64,000 nucleotides of DNA, from assembly GCA_964468805.1 (NCBI GenBank), contig CAYXWM010000003.1, forward strand, positions 33,303 through 97,302, given 5' to 3'. A program made the translations under genes and the position numbers. The notes beneath the pieces were generated by a model. That model did no database searches. It saw only the letters and a program-made list of their open reading frames with translations, and had not been told where the DNA came from. This document shows, one piece after another, positions 56,897 to 64,000 of this stretch (the stretch's first letter is position 1; every line of letters begins with the position of its first letter). The DNA is from an uncultured Defluviitaleaceae bacterium. Lineage in GTDB: Bacteria; Bacillota; Clostridia; Lachnospirales; WRBF01.

Positions 56897-57904
56897 ATGA
56901 AATTATCTGACACTACTTACAAGCCTGCATTAAGAAATATGAAGCTTAACGAAGCTATAATGCAAAGGTCTATGCTTAGAATGGCTACAGGCAAGCGTAT
57001 TAACTCTGCTGCGGACGACCCTTCCGGAATGGCTATGTCTTCAAAGTTTAAAGCTATGATTAGGGGACTGTACGAATCCGAGCAAAATATTCAATTTGCC
57101 ATATCTCTTTTGCAAGTCAAGGAGGGTGCCTTGGGAGAGGTTCACAGCATGTTGCAAAGAATGAATGAACTTGCTGTTGCTGCTGCCAACGGAAGCTATA
57201 CAGATGAGGATAGAGCTAAAATGGACTTGGAATTTCAACAGCTTTCCCAAGGAATACGCTCTGTTTACGACGCCACGGAATTTAACAGAAGAAAACTCTT
57301 TGAAGGCAACAATACATATAAATCCCCAAGAGAAGTATTATCAAATAAAGATAAAACAAATATTTCGGAGGAATCCGGCACCCAAAGAATATCAATAAGT
57401 GATGAAATTTTAAAGAAACTTAATACCGAATTAATAAGTGCCGGTTTAAATACCATCGACTTTTCTTCCTTATCGGAACGCCCTTACTCCTCATTTAAAG
57501 TCGGTACAACAAGCGAAGATTATTTATATATTCAAACAGGAGCAAACGAGGCACAGGGATTTTTATTGTCAAACGACCCCGGTTCAAAAAGTTCCGAAAA
57601 AGGTATGGATATTAAAACGGTTGAAAGCGCCGGTAAAGCAATTACAAGTACCCAAAACTCAATAAACAGTATTTCCAACCAAAGAGCCTCTATCGGCAGC
57701 GAACAAAAAAGACTTGAGCGTTTGCTTGAGGCAATTCAGAATTACCGAGATAATCTTGAAGAGGCAGAAAGCCGAATCTCGGATGCTGACATGGCAAAAG
57801 AAATGATGGAATATACCAAGGCACAAGTAAAGCAGAAAGCTATAATGTTTGTGCTTAGTCATGCTAAGTTAAATATGAAAGACGTTTTGGTATTGTTAAA
57901 TTGA
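56897..57904 (+). CDS. flagellin family protein (divergent, orphan)
   Basis: 335 aa. Flagellin N domain (GKRINSAADDPSGMAMS..., LQRMNELAVAAANG) and C domain (RASIGSEQKRLE..., AESRISDADMAKEMMEYTK). The first ~30 aa and the C-terminal LSHAK are atypical. Confidence 0.75.
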   Translation: MKLSDTTYKPALRNMKLNEAIMQRSMLRMATGKRINSAADDPSGMAMSSKFKAMIRGLYESEQNIQFAISLLQVKEGALGEVHSMLQRMNELAVAAANGSYTDEDRAKMDLEFQQLSQGIRSVYDATEFNRRKLFEGNNTYKSPREVLSNKDKTNISEESGTQRISISDEILKKLNTELISAGLNTIDFSSLSERPYSSFKVGTTSEDYLYIQTGANEAQGFLLSNDPGSKSSEKGMDIKTVESAGKAITSTQNSINSISNQRASIGSEQKRLERLLEAIQNYRDNLEEAESRISDADMAKEMMEYTKAQVKQKAIMFVLSHAKLNMKDVLVLLN

Positions 57905-58011
57905 TATAAATAATGTGTCTGAGAATATTGTTGAGAGTTTCTTGTTAAACATCGTTTTTCGGAATTGTGTTTATAATATACCGTTTTGAAAGCCGGGTTT
58001 TCAAAGACACT

Positions 58012-59169
58012 TTATTTAATGTCGTCCAATTTAAGTTTCTTAATAATCTCAAAACCGTTATCCTCGCCCAATGGTTTTAAAATAACGGTACCCATATTGT
58101 CCAATGCTCCGAAGCTTATATCGTCAGGTAAACCGTGAGCTATTATTACCGTGTTCTTGCCTGTTAGCGGCAATGTTTCAAGTTTGGATTGAAAATTCTT
58201 TAAGATGTTATTTTGTTCATTTAAGGATAAATTCTTGCTCAAACGATAAACATCATACCAAAAAGGATCTACCAAAACATTTTGATCGCCAAAAGCCAAA
58301 TCAGCGGTTTCAATAGTTCTGCAAAGAGGACTTGCGATAACCGGATATTCTATAGGAATTTGTAAAGATCGAAGCCTTTCTCCATATTCAATTGCTTCTG
58401 CTCGTCCTTTCTCCGAAAGGTTTCTTTGGGTGTTGCAGTTATTAAAGTCCAAATTCTTTGAATCTTGACCCACATTTGCCTCACCATGTCTTGAATATAA
58501 AATATAACCTCCGTCCTTTAATAAATTATACAGCGAAGAATTTACTTCTTGTGCTGTTGTTACGCCGGAAGTACATTCTAAGGTAAATTTATTTAGGTCG
58601 TTAATACCCAATGACTTTTCTATGGTTGAAACCTGTGCCACAACTTTTTCGAATCCGTTCTTGCCGAATTTCTTCTCCTCAGTTTTTTCAAATGTTTCTC
58701 CCAATTTGTTGTATTTATCCGGTGGGGTCAGTTGATGAAAGGCAGGGAAAACAACCGTATCTTCCCGAGCGGTATGTGGTTCGTACATAGTTATAAGGCT
58801 TATCAATAGCCGGGAGAGTTGTTGATTATATGTATCTGTTTTGTCTCGGTTTATTCTAGGCAGGTCAAGTAACTTACTTGTTGCACATCTTGCGGCATCA
58901 TGCTGTTTCGATAAAGTTGTAATAAGTTCATTGTATTCCTTATAAGAACGTAGGACAGGAAAAACATAGTCCTCCTCCAACACCTGATGATAGTCTTCAA
59001 TAAATTTCTTAAAAATAACAGTTGCTTCCCTTAGCGTTTCATAAACAACTTCCATATTTTCATCTAAACCGGAATTTAATCTGATTACAAGATTTTTATA
59101 GATTAGCAATAACCGTTGTATAACTCCGTGTTCACGCATTAGGTCTTCAAGCGGTGAGACTTGTTGCAT
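58012..59169 (-). CDS. hemerythrin-like (HHE cation-binding) domain fused to a histidine phosphatase (PGAM/SixA superfamily) domain
   Basis: N-terminal ~195 aa has spaced His/Glu motifs (LMREHG, DYHQVLEE, KQHD, EPHTAREDTVVFP). The C-terminal domain has the catalytic RHGE motif (YSRHGEAN) and a later IIAHG. Confidence 0.7.
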   Translation of the reverse strand: MQQVSPLEDLMREHGVIQRLLLIYKNLVIRLNSGLDENMEVVYETLREATVIFKKFIEDYHQVLEEDYVFPVLRSYKEYNELITTLSKQHDAARCATSKLLDLPRINRDKTDTYNQQLSRLLISLITMYEPHTAREDTVVFPAFHQLTPPDKYNKLGETFEKTEEKKFGKNGFEKVVAQVSTIEKSLGINDLNKFTLECTSGVTTAQEVNSSLYNLLKDGGYILYSRHGEANVGQDSKNLDFNNCNTQRNLSEKGRAEAIEYGERLRSLQIPIEYPVIASPLCRTIETADLAFGDQNVLVDPFWYDVYRLSKNLSLNEQNNILKNFQSKLETLPLTGKNTVIIAHGLPDDISFGALDNMGTVILKPLGEDNGFEIIKKLKLDDIK

Positions 59170-59257
59170 AAAATCACCCTCTTTGTTGTTTTTTACTACA
59201 GTATGATTTGATATGCATAGCTGTGTTTACAAAAAACTGATAAAATGCGGTGATAAG

Positions 59258-59299
59258 CAAAGAAGCCCGGGCACTAAAGCTTAGGCTTCTTTTATTTTT
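59258..59299. terminator. hairpin between ligD and the hemerythrin-phosphatase gene
   Basis: AAAGAAGCC / GGCTTCTTT stem. The T-run is strong on the plus strand and only TTT on the minus strand, so its terminator function for ligD is uncertain. Confidence 0.4.
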
Positions 59300-60235
59300 T
59301 CAAACAATACATTCTTTAGGTAATTTATCGTTTCTTAATCCTTTAAATATGGGTTGTCTAAGCCCGCCGTTTTGAGTTTTATCCATAAACTCTACCTTGC
59401 AAACCAATACCGGTTTTACCCATACTGCACCTTCAAATTCGGGGAAATTTTTATACAATTCTTTTGAAACTCTGTCTGTGGCTTTGATTATTTTAAAATC
59501 GTCTCGAGAAACGCCCATAGCCACATGGCTTATATAAATTAATTCACTGTATTGATAACTGCCCAGAATAATGCTTGTGAGATTTTCTGCCTTCAGGTAA
59601 TATCCGCAAACCACAAAATCTTCATCAGATAAGGCTTTAATTTTTATCCAATCTTTACTGCGTTTGCCGAAATAATATTTGCTGTCCTTTACCTTTGCAA
59701 CAATGCCTTCAAGATTTTGTTCCTTTGCAAGATTAAAGAAGATTATTCCGTTTTTTTCAATGCACCGTGATATAGCCAAGAATGAATTTTCGGTTACTGT
59801 TTCGGATAATAACTCCTTTCGCTGTAAAAGGGGCAAATGGTTAATCGGTTGATTTTCATTGTATACCATATCGAAAGCGGTAAAACATACGGGGAGTTTA
59901 TACGATGCCATTTCTATTTTAAAAGGATTGCTCATAAAGCTTCGCCTTTGCAATTCATAAAAATCGGGCTTACCCTCATTTAAAATTATCAGTTCGCCGT
60001 CCAGTATACATCGGTTTTTGACCAGTAAGTGTATATTTGAAAGTTCGGGGTATATGACGTTTAGGCTTTTGTTTCTTTTGTTGCGCAGTTCTGTACCACT
60101 TTCATCCAGATAGGCAAGGCATCTTATTCCGTCAAGTTTTAATTCGTAAATATAATCGTCACTGTCAAAAGGCGGTTGATTTTCAGCTATAAGCATAGGC
60201 GAAATTTCTTTTTCAAAAAATATATCACTGTCCAT
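59300..60235 (-). CDS. ligD: ATP-dependent DNA ligase, LigD ligase-domain-only form (NHEJ)
   Basis: 311 aa. Adenylation motif I YELKLDGIR and an OB-fold C-terminus. No polymerase/primase or phosphoesterase module. The start abuts the ku stop (TAG then ATG). Confidence 0.85.
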   Translation of the reverse strand: MDSDIFFEKEISPMLIAENQPPFDSDDYIYELKLDGIRCLAYLDESGTELRNKRNKSLNVIYPELSNIHLLVKNRCILDGELIILNEGKPDFYELQRRSFMSNPFKIEMASYKLPVCFTAFDMVYNENQPINHLPLLQRKELLSETVTENSFLAISRCIEKNGIIFFNLAKEQNLEGIVAKVKDSKYYFGKRSKDWIKIKALSDEDFVVCGYYLKAENLTSIILGSYQYSELIYISHVAMGVSRDDFKIIKATDRVSKELYKNFPEFEGAVWVKPVLVCKVEFMDKTQNGGLRQPIFKGLRNDKLPKECIV

Positions 60236-60994
60236 CTACGCACCCTTTTGAGAAAGTTCTATGCTTTGCTTTAACGCTTCCATTAAGTCTATTACGTTGG
60301 TTTTGTTTTCTTGGGGTGCAGTCACATCTTTGCCTTTAATCTTGTCTTGTATCATGGATTTTAGTTTAAACTTATATTCATCCTTATAACTTTCCGGCTC
60401 GAAAGGCTTATCCATGGACGAAATCAATGCCTTTGCCATATTGAGTTCACCTTCCGAAACTTCCGGTTTTTTATAGTTTTGCGAGATAGCTTTTACTTCT
60501 TCTTCAAAAAACATAGTCTGAATCAAAATGCCTTCTTCTCGGGGTATAATCGCCAGCAAAGTTTCCTTAGTACCAAGGACAGTTTTGGCGATTGCAATTT
60601 TTTGCTCCGACATCAGAGCTGCCCTTAATAATTCAAAGGCCTTTTCGCCGCCGGCTTCGGGAACTGCGTGATAAGTTTTGTCATAGTAAATAGGGCTTAT
60701 TTGATTAAGATGTGCAAAATGCAATATTTGCATTGATTTTTCCTTTTCGGTTTTTATTTTCTCAAAATCATCTTCCGTTACAACAACATACCTATCCTTT
60801 TCATATTCGAAACCCTTGACTATATCCTTTCCGGAAACCTCCTCACCACAATGACCGCAGACTTTTTTATATCTGATTCTTTCGTGATCGTCTTTATGGA
60901 GCTGATTAAAATGTATGTCAGTATCTTGAGTAGCTGTGTGTAAGCTTATGGGTATATGCACCAGACCGAAAGAAATAGCACTTTTAGTAGCCAT
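60236..60994 (-). CDS. ku: Ku protein (NHEJ DNA end-binding)
   Basis: MATKSAISFGLVHIPISLHTAT is the typical bacterial Ku N-terminus. Start set at this ATG; the tracked 26-aa hydrophobic extension is not expected in Ku. Confidence 0.9.
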   Translation of the reverse strand: MATKSAISFGLVHIPISLHTATQDTDIHFNQLHKDDHERIRYKKVCGHCGEEVSGKDIVKGFEYEKDRYVVVTEDDFEKIKTEKEKSMQILHFAHLNQISPIYYDKTYHAVPEAGGEKAFELLRAALMSEQKIAIAKTVLGTKETLLAIIPREEGILIQTMFFEEEVKAISQNYKKPEVSEGELNMAKALISSMDKPFEPESYKDEYKFKLKSMIQDKIKGKDVTAPQENKTNVIDLMEALKQSIELSQKGA

Positions 60995-61024
60995 GAATAC
61001 CAATCCTTTATGAAAGTTTGGTAT

Positions 61025-61054
61025 TAGTATGTACAAAATGATGTGGGAGTATAT
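61025..61054 (-). promoter_or_regulatory. possible forespore (sigma-G/F-type) promoter of ku-ligD
   Basis: Minus strand reads ATATA, 18-nt spacer, CATACTA, versus the published sigma-G consensus GHATR-N18-CATXHTA. About 30 nt upstream of the ku start. Confidence 0.3.
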
Positions 61055-61271
61055 AACTAAAATTAAAAACATGTAGCACTATAAGAAATTTCATACCCTC
61101 GGGTCGTATTACGGTAAATCGCTTTAAGGTTTGCGGGATACGTAATAACTAAACCTGAGTTTTGGGTTTATTTGTATATATATTGTTTTAATTTACCTTT
61201 GTGTATGTTATACTATATTTCTACTTTTCTTCGACAGAATAATGTGTGATTTTACAATTATTAAGGAGGAT

Positions 61272-62429
61272 ATGATGAAACGATATGTTATGCTGCTTTT
61301 TACTGCTTTGATTTTAACAGCCTGCAACCCACAAAAGGCTGATAATCCACCCACGGACGGCACGGCTACCGGTCCGGAAGCCACAAGCACAAATTCGCCT
61401 ACTCCAAAACCCGAACCCACATTAAAGCCCGAACCCACATTGAAGCCGGATGAAAAAACGCTGACCATTTCGGAATTTGAAGAATTGATGGTTACACAAC
61501 CTTTATCGGTTGTAGAAACCAAATACAGCGTTCAAGACGAAAAATACAAGTCACTTTATCCTGATTTAATGCAGGCCATAATAAAAAACAATACGGAAAG
61601 TGATATTAAAGACGCTGTTGTTGCCTTTGTTGCCTGGGACGAAAATAATTTGCCCATAAAAATTAAGACAAATATAGATTTTACAGACGGCGCATATATT
61701 AAGAAAGTTAATTTTTCGGATATAAATTTAGTCGGCGGACAGACCTTTGGTTCTCAAAACGGAATGGGCTTGGACGAGACTATGAAAGTAAAATCCTTTA
61801 AAGCCATAGTTGTTTCCTACGAAACCTTCGACGGTATTTCTTGGGATAATCCTTACTTTGACGAGTTCTGCAAACTATACGAAGGTAAAAAGTTCTCTGA
61901 AGATTTGAGTGTAGATGTAAAAATTGAGGATTCTACTCCCAAAACCCCGGATAAGAAAACTGACACAGGTAAAGAAGCCCAACCTACTGTAAGTGCAGAT
62001 GCATTTGAACAGGAAGTCGCCAAACAACCTCTGATCGTTACGCAAACCAAATACGTAGTTCAGAACGACAAATATAAAAACCTTTATCCCGATATGCTTC
62101 AAGTAATAATCCAAAACAACAGCCAAGATGATATCCGGGATGCAGTGGTGGCGTTTGTCGCCTGGGATGAAAATAACCTTCCCGTAAAGATAAAAGGTAA
62201 TATTGATTTCAGTGACGGAGCTTACATAAAAGAAGCGAATCTCTCCGGAATAAATTTAGTTCCGGGTAAAACTTATGGTTCAGATAATGGTTTTCCTGTT
62301 GATGAGGGTTTAAAGATAAAAAACTTTAAAGCTATTGTGGTTTCATATAAAACATTCGATGATGAGTCCTGGGAGAATCCCTTGTACAAGGAATTCTCTA
62401 ATCTGTATGGAGGCAAAAAGCTTTCTTAA
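61272..62429 (+). CDS. lipoprotein with two tandem ~145-aa domains of unknown function
   Basis: ATG after AAGGAGGA. Signal peptide with lipobox LTAC. Pro/Thr-rich linker, then two paralogous domains (aa ~66-209 and ~242-385 of the mature numbering from 61272). Confidence 0.8.
   Translation: MMKRYVMLLFTALILTACNPQKADNPPTDGTATGPEATSTNSPTPKPEPTLKPEPTLKPDEKTLTISEFEELMVTQPLSVVETKYSVQDEKYKSLYPDLMQAIIKNNTESDIKDAVVAFVAWDENNLPIKIKTNIDFTDGAYIKKVNFSDINLVGGQTFGSQNGMGLDETMKVKSFKAIVVSYETFDGISWDNPYFDEFCKLYEGKKFSEDLSVDVKIEDSTPKTPDKKTDTGKEAQPTVSADAFEQEVAKQPLIVTQTKYVVQNDKYKNLYPDMLQVIIQNNSQDDIRDAVVAFVAWDENNLPVKIKGNIDFSDGAYIKEANLSGINLVPGKTYGSDNGFPVDEGLKIKNFKAIVVSYKTFDDESWENPLYKEFSNLYGGKKLS
61407..61442 (+). repeat. 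18-bp tandem duplication encoding (K)PEPTLK x2 in the lipoprotein linker
   Basis: AAACCCGAACCCACATTA followed by AAGCCCGAACCCACATTG. Confidence 0.85.
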
Positions 62430-62460
62430 TACAATTAACTGTAATGACTTTTAAAATTTA

Positions 62461-62520
62461 AAAACCTTGAGAAAGATAGCCTTTTTCCGACGAAGAAAAG
62501 GATTCTTTCTCAAGGTTTTT
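62461..62520 (+). terminator. family-3-related long hairpin, terminator after the lipoprotein gene
   Basis: AAAACCTTGAGAAAGA / TCTTTCTCAAGGTTTT outer stem and CCTTTT/AAAAGG inner stem, followed by T-rich sequence. Confidence 0.7.
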
Positions 62521-62528
62521 CTTTTTTA

Positions 62529-62662
62529 TACTTAATTTCGAGTTATGTAGTAACAAAAGCGTATATTCGTGTGGTGAGCGACCGGTGTTTTTTCATGAAA
62601 AACGCAAGAGCGAACCGTTTACGAAGAATAGCTTTTGTTACTATTCCTTATGCAATTAAGTA
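62529..62662. repeat. family-1 MITE-like repeat, copy F (reference copy)
   Basis: 134 bp. Perfect 9-bp termini TACTTAATT / AATTAAGTA, subterminal 13-bp inverted pair TAGTAACAAAAGC / GCTTTTGTTACTA, central palindrome TTTTTCATGAAAAA, TA on both sides. Confidence 0.9.
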
Positions 62663-62816
62663 TAAGGGTTAATAAACTCACATTATTTTAGCGTGAGTTC
62701 GACGTAGTCGAACAATTTTCAAAGCGAATTAAATTCCAAAGGAATTTTGATGTTATGAAGCAATTTTTACAATGCTTTTATTGCAAAACAGCCGAATTAA
62801 ATTTTTATCAAATGCA

Positions 62817-63440
62817 TTATTTTGCTAAACTTACGTAAATATTATCTTGAAATCGGTTATCCTTATCTTTGTAATCCTCTTGAAGATATCCGAAAACATA
62901 ATGGTCAGCGAATACTTTCACAACCAAGCCTTTTCTTATTAATCCCTCTTGCACAAAACCGGCTTTTTCGGCTACGATTTTGGAACCCGGGTTAACCGTA
63001 AAGCAACGCAAAACCAGTCTTTTTAAATCCATGTGAGTAAAAGCCAACTTAACGGCTGCATTTAGGGCTTCTGTGGCTATACCCTTGCCCCAGTAATTCT
63101 TGTTTATTCTATAACCCACTTCGGCTTGCCTTTTCATAACAAAATCATAGATTATAATTTCACCGATAACCTTTTGTTCCGGTAAATATTCAATGGCAAA
63201 ACGAAGTTCTCTTTTTGCCCTGTATTCTATATCTATATTTGTTAGGTAATCGTATTCCGGCGTTTCAAATTCATCATGCAAAAAACCTGTTTCCAAGTCA
63301 TAATATCCGCAGTATTTTTGCACTTCCAAATCGTTGAGGAATTCGTTTAAGTCGTTAAAATCCTTCCAAACGGCTCGGCGTAGATACAATCTTTCAGTCT
63401 TAATTTCCGGAAAATGCACAAAACAATCATCAAAGCTCAT
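62817..63440 (-). CDS. GNAT family N-acetyltransferase (RimJ/RimL-like)
   Basis: 207 aa. Acetyl-CoA binding region NKNYWGKGIATEAL. 4-nt start/stop overlap with the upstream gene. Confidence 0.8.
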   Translation of the reverse strand: MSFDDCFVHFPEIKTERLYLRRAVWKDFNDLNEFLNDLEVQKYCGYYDLETGFLHDEFETPEYDYLTNIDIEYRAKRELRFAIEYLPEQKVIGEIIIYDFVMKRQAEVGYRINKNYWGKGIATEALNAAVKLAFTHMDLKRLVLRCFTVNPGSKIVAEKAGFVQEGLIRKGLVVKVFADHYVFGYLQEDYKDKDNRFQDNIYVSLAK

Positions 63441-64000
63441 TTGTAAACCCCCATATATTTTGTCAGTAGCTTTTCAGGTTTGTACGCAAGTTTGGAACGT
63501 CTTAAACCTTCTATTCCCAAGTCTTCCTCACGGTTGATAAATTCATAATCGGAGCAGGCGTAAACCGCAAAATCTCTGTTTATAGCTTGATATATACCGT
63601 TATAATTGTGGTCTGCTTTTTCTACAAATATATCAAACATATTCGTGTAAGACGGTGCCCCGTAGGTATAGCCCAGAACTTTGCCGTCTATTTTAACCAT
63701 GCCGCCTTTCAGACCAAGCCGGTTCCAATTATCAAAAACCCTGCGTACTATTTCATTTTCCGTTTCAAGAGACGAGGTTTCCGGGTTTTTATCCGAATTG
63801 TCTTCAAGCCATTTTTGTTGAAATTCCCAAGCCTCTTCAAGATTATTTTCGGTAAGGGGTTCGAAGCTGTAACGTGTTCCGTATTTGTTTAAGAACAGAT
63901 TCAGATTGTTTCTGCGTTTTTTTAAATCTGAGCCCTCTAAGGTTATTAGGCGTTTAGATTGGTATATATATTCTGCCCATCCTCTGTCCGTGGTAAATTC
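63437..64000 (-). CDS. DUF2156-like protein (MprF C-terminal-type acyl/aminoacyl-transferase fold), 5' end outside window
   Basis: The minus-strand frame is open from the window edge (EFTTDRGWAEYIYQSKRL...KKRRNNLN...) through the tracked ORF at 63437-63700. Family assignment is by pattern recognition only. Confidence 0.6.
   Translation of the reverse strand, partial: EFTTDRGWAEYIYQSKRLITLEGSDLKKRRNNLNLFLNKYGTRYSFEPLTENNLEEAWEFQQKWLEDNSDKNPETSSLETENEIVRRVFDNWNRLGLKGGMVKIDGKVLGYTYGAPSYTNMFDIFVEKADHNYNGIYQAINRDFAVYACSDYEFINREEDLGIEGLRRSKLAYKPEKLLTKYMGVYK

Noticed and set aside
61208-61522. 104-aa minus-strand ORF with GFNVGSGFNVGSGFGVG repeats.
   Set aside because: It is the mirror image of the PEPTLK-encoding tandem duplication in the plus-strand lipoprotein gene, which has a lipobox signal peptide and a strong RBS.
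1-64000. Looked for CRISPR arrays, tRNA/rRNA genes, transposases, integrases, phage or toxin-antitoxin/defence gene clusters.
   Set aside because: No regularly spaced direct repeats, no tRNA-like T-arm (GGTTCGAATCC-type) contexts and no rRNA-like conserved tracts were seen. No ORF has recombinase, transposase or known defence-system motifs. The AbrB-fold protein matches the regulator AbrB and has no downstream toxin gene.

Overview
This is a chromosomal segment from an AT-rich, endospore-forming, anaerobic, chemotactic Firmicute of class Clostridia; no finer placement is possible from the sequence alone. Supporting markers are spoIIGA-sigE, abrB and ku-ligD (sporulation), the [FeFe]-hydrogenase maturase hydE (anaerobiosis), and cheV, an MCP and a flagellin (chemotaxis/motility). 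Most of the ~50 genes are housekeeping: infC-rpmI-rplT, ileS, mnmA, tcdA, rsmI, rlmD, lgt, asnB. They are interleaved with accessory modules: a two-component system next to a copA metal operon, an amino-acid ABC transporter, fetAB-like exporter genes, a catalase, a c-di-GMP/chemotaxis signalling cluster, a minimal NHEJ pair and several unusual domain fusions. I saw no rRNA, tRNA, CRISPR array, transposase, integrase or phage genes. The most notable signal is non-coding: three families of short palindromic intergenic repeats. Family 1 is a ~135-bp MITE-like element with TACTTAATT termini abutting TA; there are six copies, including a head-to-tail dimer. Family 2 is a ~90-bp palindromic element with GATTCCAT termini; there are two full copies and one 38-bp deletion derivative. 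Family 3 is a recurring terminator hairpin, CCTTGAGGGAGAAA...TTTCTCCCTCAAGG. Other candidates for follow-up are an HMA/TauE-like/cupredoxin-like metal module, a Cache-GGDEF(degenerate)-EAL-V4R protein, a 627-aa P-loop protein of unknown function, a hemerythrin-histidine-phosphatase fusion beside ligase-only ku-ligD, an orphan divergent flagellin, and a ~610-bp gap with GC-rich hairpins and a long 5' leader. All calls rest on reading the ORF translations and the DNA by eye. Homology assignments are motif recognition, not searches. Hairpin and repeat boundaries are good to a few nucleotides.
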